Virus record (IMG/VR): IMGVR_UViG_2778261447_000005
Location: 1-18,499 of that record
DNA: 18,499 nt
From: a virus
Taxonomy: Duplodnaviria; Heunggongvirae; Uroviricota; Caudoviricetes
Reading direction: 5' to 3' (one strand)
The translations under genes were made by a program, and so were the position numbers. Positions within the stretch are counted from its first letter, which is position 1. Every line of letters begins with the position of its first letter. This document shows positions 14,668 through 18,499 of this stretch, in pieces. The notes below the pieces were generated by a model. The model was not told the DNA's origin. It saw only the letters and a list, made by a program, of their open reading frames with translations, and did no database searches.

Positions 14668-17174
14668 GCTCCCGCCTCCACTGGCTGCTCTGTGATGATG
14701 TGACGGGCTGACTCATCCCAGTACGCTGTTCCCCCGTTATCCAGACGCACACGGGCACCGTTACGCACGGAGATGATGGCCGCGTCAGGCAACTGCACAC
14801 CCAGCGCATCAAGTTCGCGGGCGATTTGCGTGTCCGTCGCGGTATCCGCAGGCACGACAATCCCCACCCTTACAGGGGTGTCAGATGCCGGTGTGGTGTC
14901 GTTTTGTCCGGTTTTTGCGCCCGACGGCTGATTTTTAATCTGATTACGCAGTTTTCTCCGATCGCCCCTGCTTAACGTATTCAGCCAGCTTTCCAGGTTC
15001 TCTTCGGGAAGCGTCAGTCGTCCGGGGTCCTGCCTGTTTTCTGGTCCGTGATTGTCTGTTTTTTCATCCCGGGGACAGTTATTGCCACGAGTCCAAGGGG
15101 CGACGGGGTCGCCCTGAAGGTCAAAACCCTCGCCCGTGCGGTTGTCTGGTGTTGTTTCTTTTTTAACCAGTTTCCACTCGTCCGGATGGGTGCATATGGT
15201 GTACCGCTCTCCGAGCGACGGGGCGCAGATTCCGTAGATACGTTGAGGGAATTCACCGTAGTCGTTGGCTTCGTCTGCGGTTTCGTATGCGGTGCGGACC
15301 AGATACTGGTTGCGCGGAATGAGCACACCACCCTGTTTCATGATGTAGGTGGCAAAACATCCCACATCTGCGGCAGCCATAATGGCGTCAATATCGTCAT
15401 GATCGAGGTGCTTCGGTGATGCCGGGTTGCGCTCCATCTGGCTTGCAAGGCGGCGGAGTTCACGCCATACCTGGCGGGGCGGAATGCCGAAAAACTGGAA
15501 CTGACGGATGCGGTGAAGGCTTGCCCAGGCAATGGCGTTCTCCACGGTTTCCGCCATGGTTTTCCCGGATTCCTCATCAACGTAAGGTTTTCCGGTTTTC
15601 GGATCATTGTTGTGGAAAGCGCTGGCGTCCAGGTTCTTACCGATATAGGTTGCGATATAGCTTGCCGGTGTGCCTTTTTCCGGGTCTATCTTCTCGCATT
15701 TAAAGCGCGGTGAAATATCGTCCCCCAGTTCGTGGCGATCTGATTTAATTGCTGCTTCGCGCATAATTTCGATGATGCGCTCTGCGTTCTCCGGGGAAGT
15801 GAATACCAGCATATGCCAGTGTGGCGTGCCGTCATGGTGTGGCTCAGCGGTTCGCACGCCGTACCAGCCCAGCCCCTCTTTTTTTATTTTTTTTCTTACG
15901 GCTGCGAAGAAGTCGTAAACCAGATAATCACTGGCATCTCGTACTGTGGCACCGTTGTATTTCGGGTTCAGGCTGCCGTTCTCGTTCACGCTGTGAAAGC
16001 GGGAAGGGGTGGTTACTGTGATGAAGAATGCGACGTCAGCCCGTAATTCGGCCACCATCTCCATCCCTCTGACGCAGACCATCATTTCATTGCGGCGGTT
16101 GCGTGGATTACCCAGGCCAGCCCAGTACACGTCCTCCAGACTCAGGCGCTCGCCGTCTTCGTTTTCAATATCCCAGCTTTTGAGAAAGTCACGGGTGCGC
16201 TGGCGCTTCTCGCGGAACTCCAGTAGTGACTCATGGCTGATATAGGGGGATTGTTTACGTGACACTCTGCCGGCGGCGCGCAGTAACTCCTCCCGCCAGA
16301 GATCGGCGACGTGGCGTAACTGGTTGTTCCACCAGGTCGCGCAGGTGATGCGCAGTACCGCACCCGGAACCCGTTCAGGGTCCGGCGGTGTGCGTCGGTT
16401 GTGCCTGATTTCGAGTTCCGGCCAGTATGGCGGGACCACGCCCAGAATTAAGGCTGTGCGTGCCACCTTCTGGTAGGCCAGCAGCCAGATAACAGGGCTG
16501 TCATTATCCTTGCCTGTCCGTTCAAGAACTTCATCACATATGCGTTCAAATTCTGCGGCGAATGCCTGGGCTGTCAGTGTGGCGATGCGCTGGATTTCGT
16601 CACGGGTGAGTTGCGGCAGTGTGAGCAGTTCTTCAAGGCGATGGCGCACGACGGTGGTTTTGAATGCCGGCGTTGCAAAGCGGTCGTTAACCCTTTCAAT
16701 ACGTTTCAGGCGCGCACGCAGTCCACGGCGAACGAAATTATCGGCCACGTATGCGCTGTTGTTTTTTACACCTTCACTGCGGGCACTTTGCTGTTTCCGG
16801 TTCAGTCGTGCCAGATCACGGATCAACACACTGGCAAGAAACGAGGGCAGGGTGCGAAGTTCGGCTATCGCCTCCGATACCGCCGTTGGCGGATTTTCGC
16901 GTCTGTGTCGTGCCAGCTTATCCAGCCTTATCTGCCGCTCTTCGTCCCGGTGAAGGTGTGAATTAATTTGCTTACCTTTGTCCGTGGTTGTCAGGAAGGC
17001 CACGGTTTCTTCATCCAGCCGGGCCTCAGTGCGAATGTCTTCGGTGAGGTAGTCACGGATTGCCCGTTGTAATGCGGTTGGCTTCTGCGGTAATGCTCTG
17101 CCGAATGTCTCAGGATCAATAACCGGCAGCGGGGCGTTCCACGGGTACGCCAGGTGCGTGTGGTGATGGCTCAT
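14664..17174 (-). CDS. A: Replication initiation protein gpA-like (HUH rolling-circle endonuclease)
   Basis: 836 aa; YPWNAP near the N-terminus, HUH motif in EPHHDGTPHWHMLVF, catalytic-Tyr motif SYIATYIGKN; all match P2 gpA as I recall it. GGGGAG RBS. Confidence 0.9.
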   Translation of the reverse strand: MSHHHTHLAYPWNAPLPVIDPETFGRALPQKPTALQRAIRDYLTEDIRTEARLDEETVAFLTTTDKGKQINSHLHRDEERQIRLDKLARHRRENPPTAVSEAIAELRTLPSFLASVLIRDLARLNRKQQSARSEGVKNNSAYVADNFVRRGLRARLKRIERVNDRFATPAFKTTVVRHRLEELLTLPQLTRDEIQRIATLTAQAFAAEFERICDEVLERTGKDNDSPVIWLLAYQKVARTALILGVVPPYWPELEIRHNRRTPPDPERVPGAVLRITCATWWNNQLRHVADLWREELLRAAGRVSRKQSPYISHESLLEFREKRQRTRDFLKSWDIENEDGERLSLEDVYWAGLGNPRNRRNEMMVCVRGMEMVAELRADVAFFITVTTPSRFHSVNENGSLNPKYNGATVRDASDYLVYDFFAAVRKKIKKEGLGWYGVRTAEPHHDGTPHWHMLVFTSPENAERIIEIMREAAIKSDRHELGDDISPRFKCEKIDPEKGTPASYIATYIGKNLDASAFHNNDPKTGKPYVDEESGKTMAETVENAIAWASLHRIRQFQFFGIPPRQVWRELRRLASQMERNPASPKHLDHDDIDAIMAAADVGCFATYIMKQGGVLIPRNQYLVRTAYETADEANDYGEFPQRIYGICAPSLGERYTICTHPDEWKLVKKETTPDNRTGEGFDLQGDPVAPWTRGNNCPRDEKTDNHGPENRQDPGRLTLPEENLESWLNTLSRGDRRKLRNQIKNQPSGAKTGQNDTTPASDTPVRVGIVVPADTATDTQIARELDALGVQLPDAAIISVRNGARVRLDNGGTAYWDESARHIITEQPVEAGA

Positions 17175-17179
17175 TCCGC

Positions 17180-17593
17180 TTACTCCCCTGCTGTTGCCTT
17201 CTCAAATGCAGCCCGGTACAGCACAAGAAGGCGCTGGTATTCAGCGATAAAGTCTTCTGCTGTTTTAATCCCTTTCACGACCACGCTGTGGGTGGTCATT
17301 TCCAGAACGAGCACCATTTCTGACGATGACCAGCTGATAACGCTGCTGTCGCACCCGTTGATGTGGAACAGGCCCAGCACCATGCTGTGGTTCTGGTCTC
17401 TGACATCCACGCGGTAACGGTCATCAACGGTGAAGGAAAAATTCCCGTATGTGGTGGCGCTGCTGGCGGCCTGTTTACAGGCGCGGCGGTAATAGTCATG
17501 CAGGTCATTGAGACGGGAAGCGAGGCGTGGATCCACCGCCCACATCCAGTTAAAAAAATCCTGAATATCTGAAAGTCCCTTAACGCTCTTCAT
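17180..17593 (-). CDS. Hypothetical early-operon protein (137 aa) immediately upstream of A
   Basis: ATG 17593 with GGAGG RBS; stop 5 nt before the A start; P2 orf80-83/B position but the sequence is not recognised. Confidence 0.55.
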   Translation of the reverse strand: MKSVKGLSDIQDFFNWMWAVDPRLASRLNDLHDYYRRACKQAASSATTYGNFSFTVDDRYRVDVRDQNHSMVLGLFHINGCDSSVISWSSSEMVLVLEMTTHSVVVKGIKTAEDFIAEYQRLLVLYRAAFEKATAGE

Positions 17594-17661
17594 GAGAACC
17601 TCCGGAAACGGACGTGCGGAAGCCTCCCGCGTACGGGGGCGGGATGGCTCCGGGATGTTGA

Positions 17662-17889
17662 TTAGTGGTGGTAGTGCTGGTTAATGAGGTCCTGCAGCTT
17701 GCGCAGGTCATCCGCCAGGTAGCTGAATACAGCGGCGGAATACATGTTTGACAGTGCGTGGCTGCGCTCATGCAGCATATTGATGTGCATGATATGCGCG
17801 ACGCGGAATGCGCGGGAAAGTCTGCGGTTGATTTCAGTCTGGATGTGACGACGCGCAGCGTATGCGCGCTGTTGTTTGCGGTTTGCCAT
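17662..17889 (-). CDS. Hypothetical small basic early protein (75 aa)
   Basis: ATG 17889 with GAAGAGG RBS; first ORF downstream of the putative early control region; Arg/His-rich N-terminus. Confidence 0.45.
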   Translation of the reverse strand: MANRKQQRAYAARRHIQTEINRRLSRAFRVAHIMHINMLHERSHALSNMYSAAVFSYLADDLRKLQDLINQHYHH

Positions 17890-17937
17890 GGTGTTTGGCC
17901 TCTTCGTTTGTGAGTTTTTGGATACTCACCATCCAGA

Positions 17938-17977
17938 GGTTGCAATTCTGGGTGGCGAGACGTACAGGGTTGCAACC
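17938..17977. promoter_or_regulatory. Two GGTTGCAA boxes 30 bp apart (second is the perfect palindrome GGTTGCAACC) upstream of the early operon; candidate operator and -35 elements
   Basis: agaGGTTGCAAttctgg at 17938-17945 and cagGGTTGCAACCacc at 17968-17977, read directly. TTGCAA resembles a -35 hexamer on either strand. Located 50-90 bp upstream of the 75-aa ORF start. Confidence 0.4.
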
Positions 17978-18070
17978 ACCGGCAAACGAAGAAACCGGCC
18001 CGACCGAAGTCGGCCCCGTACGCCCCACCATAATTCTGGTGCGAAAAAGACGTGGCGATACGGTACGCAC

Positions 18071-18091
18071 AAAAAAACCGCTGGCGCGGTT
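18071..18091 (-). terminator. Putative rho-independent terminator on minus strand
   Basis: On the minus strand AACCGCgccaGCGGTT (6-bp stem, 4-nt loop) followed by a T-run of ~7; lies ~120 nt downstream of the truncated ORF ending at 18213. Confidence 0.45.
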
Positions 18092-18113
18092 GTGCGCTTC
18101 GTTTGTCAGCGGG

Positions 18114-18121
18114 GGTTGCAA
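18114..18121. promoter_or_regulatory. Third GGTTGCAA box embedded in a near-palindrome
   Basis: cgGGGGTTGCAAtcccgg read directly; same 8-mer as the two boxes at 17938-17977. Confidence 0.35.
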
Positions 18122-18212
18122 TCCCGGCACCCGTTTTATGAGGTGCAGCGGAAATGTAACCTGACTGATTGCGGCATGGCAAGCGGTTTTTTTGTGTGTG
18201 CATAGTGGTTAC

Positions 18213-18437
18213 TCAGTCCGGTAGCAGTTCGCAAAGCACGGTGTCAGCGGCGGTATATCGTGCGTAAAGCCGGGCGAGGACCCATCTTTTAAGGGATATC
18301 CCGGTCGTGTCCCGGATGTACTTTCTGATTTCGCTGAATGTCATCCCCTGTTCATCGCGCAGTTCAGTTACCAACTCCACCAGGTGATTGAAGTGGTTTA
18401 CTGAATTTGGCCACCTGAACAGAGGTGATATGCTCAC
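18213..18437 (-). pseudogene. Early-region ORF whose 5' end is provided by the IS terminus (likely 5'-truncated gene or IS-fusion artefact)
   Basis: The track ORF starts on a GTG at 18437, inside the IS end (IS begins ~18389). The native part encodes ...LVELVTELRDEQGMTFSEIRKYIRDTTGISLKRWVLARLYARYTAADTVLCELLPD. An internal ATG at 18344 could give a 43-aa product but has a poor RBS. Confidence 0.35.
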
Positions 18438-18499
18438 CTCAGAACAACACAGGTGCCATAATGAAAAAAAGAAATTTCAGCGCAGAGTTTAAACGCGAA
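18389..18499 (+). mobile_element. IS3-family insertion sequence (IS911-like), left end; element continues beyond window
   Basis: Terminus TGAAGTGGTTTACTGAATTTGGCCACCTGAACAGAGGTGATATG (IS3-family ends start with TG), followed 72 bp in by an ORF starting MKKRNFSAEFKRE, the characteristic N-terminus of IS911-type OrfA as I recall it. Confidence 0.75.
18461..18499 (+). CDS. IS3-family transposase OrfA, first 13 codons only
   Basis: ATG 18461; MKKRNFSAEFKRE...; runs off the window end. Confidence 0.75.
   Translation, partial: MKKRNFSAEFKRE

Noticed and set aside
14320-14703. Plus-strand ORFs (14320..14703, 14393..14695, 14088..14327, 13940..14191) inside the accessory cassette
   Set aside because: Antisense to the tightly coupled minus-strand chain, which has proper RBSs and overlapping stop/start codons; no RBS or terminator context on the plus strand.
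17580-18203. 207-aa minus-strand ORF spanning the early control region
   Set aside because: It overlaps the better-supported 75-aa ORF and runs through the predicted terminator and GGTTGCAA boxes; Cys/Thr/Arg-rich low-complexity translation.
18165-18205. Possible plus-strand terminator at GCGGCATGGCAAGCGG followed by T7
   Set aside because: Only a 4-bp stem (TTGC/GCAA) can be drawn before the T-run; too weak to call without folding calculations.
1-18499. tRNA, rRNA or integration (att) sites
   Set aside because: No cloverleaf-like or rRNA-like sequence noticed; no integrase gene or host flanking DNA is present in the window, so att sites cannot be placed.

Overview
The whole window is prophage DNA from a P2-like (Peduovirus-type) temperate myovirus in an enterobacterial host, lying inverted relative to the P2 map. 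Positions 1-9090 carry the conserved late structural and lysis genes on the minus strand in canonical P2 order: tail fibre H (5' part only, gene runs off the window start), I, J, W, V, S, R, an overlapped o-/i-spanin pair, a SAR-type GH24 endolysin, holin, X, L, M (small terminase), N (major capsid), O (scaffold). Divergently on the plus strand are P (large terminase) and Q (portal), with an Ogr-type TGT-N12-ACA dyad in the 154-bp O/P intergenic region. Beyond Q (12050-14670) lies the cos-proximal accessory region: a stand-alone 167-237 aa ORF, and a tightly coupled chain of five small ORFs appended to the 3' end of replication initiator gene A (14664-17174, HUH rolling-circle endonuclease). 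I cannot recognise any of these six accessory proteins; this is the position of the P2 orf91/tin/old cargo hotspot and is the best candidate for an undescribed system. Upstream of A are two small early ORFs, a control region with three GGTTGCAA boxes, and an IS3-family (IS911-like) element whose left end (from about 18389) interrupts an early-region ORF and runs off the window end. No rRNA, tRNA or CRISPR array was seen. The supplied ORF track uses alternative start codons (several listed M residues are GTG or TTG), so starts were re-evaluated by RBS and homology. All homology statements rest on my recollection of P2-family protein sequences, not on a database search.
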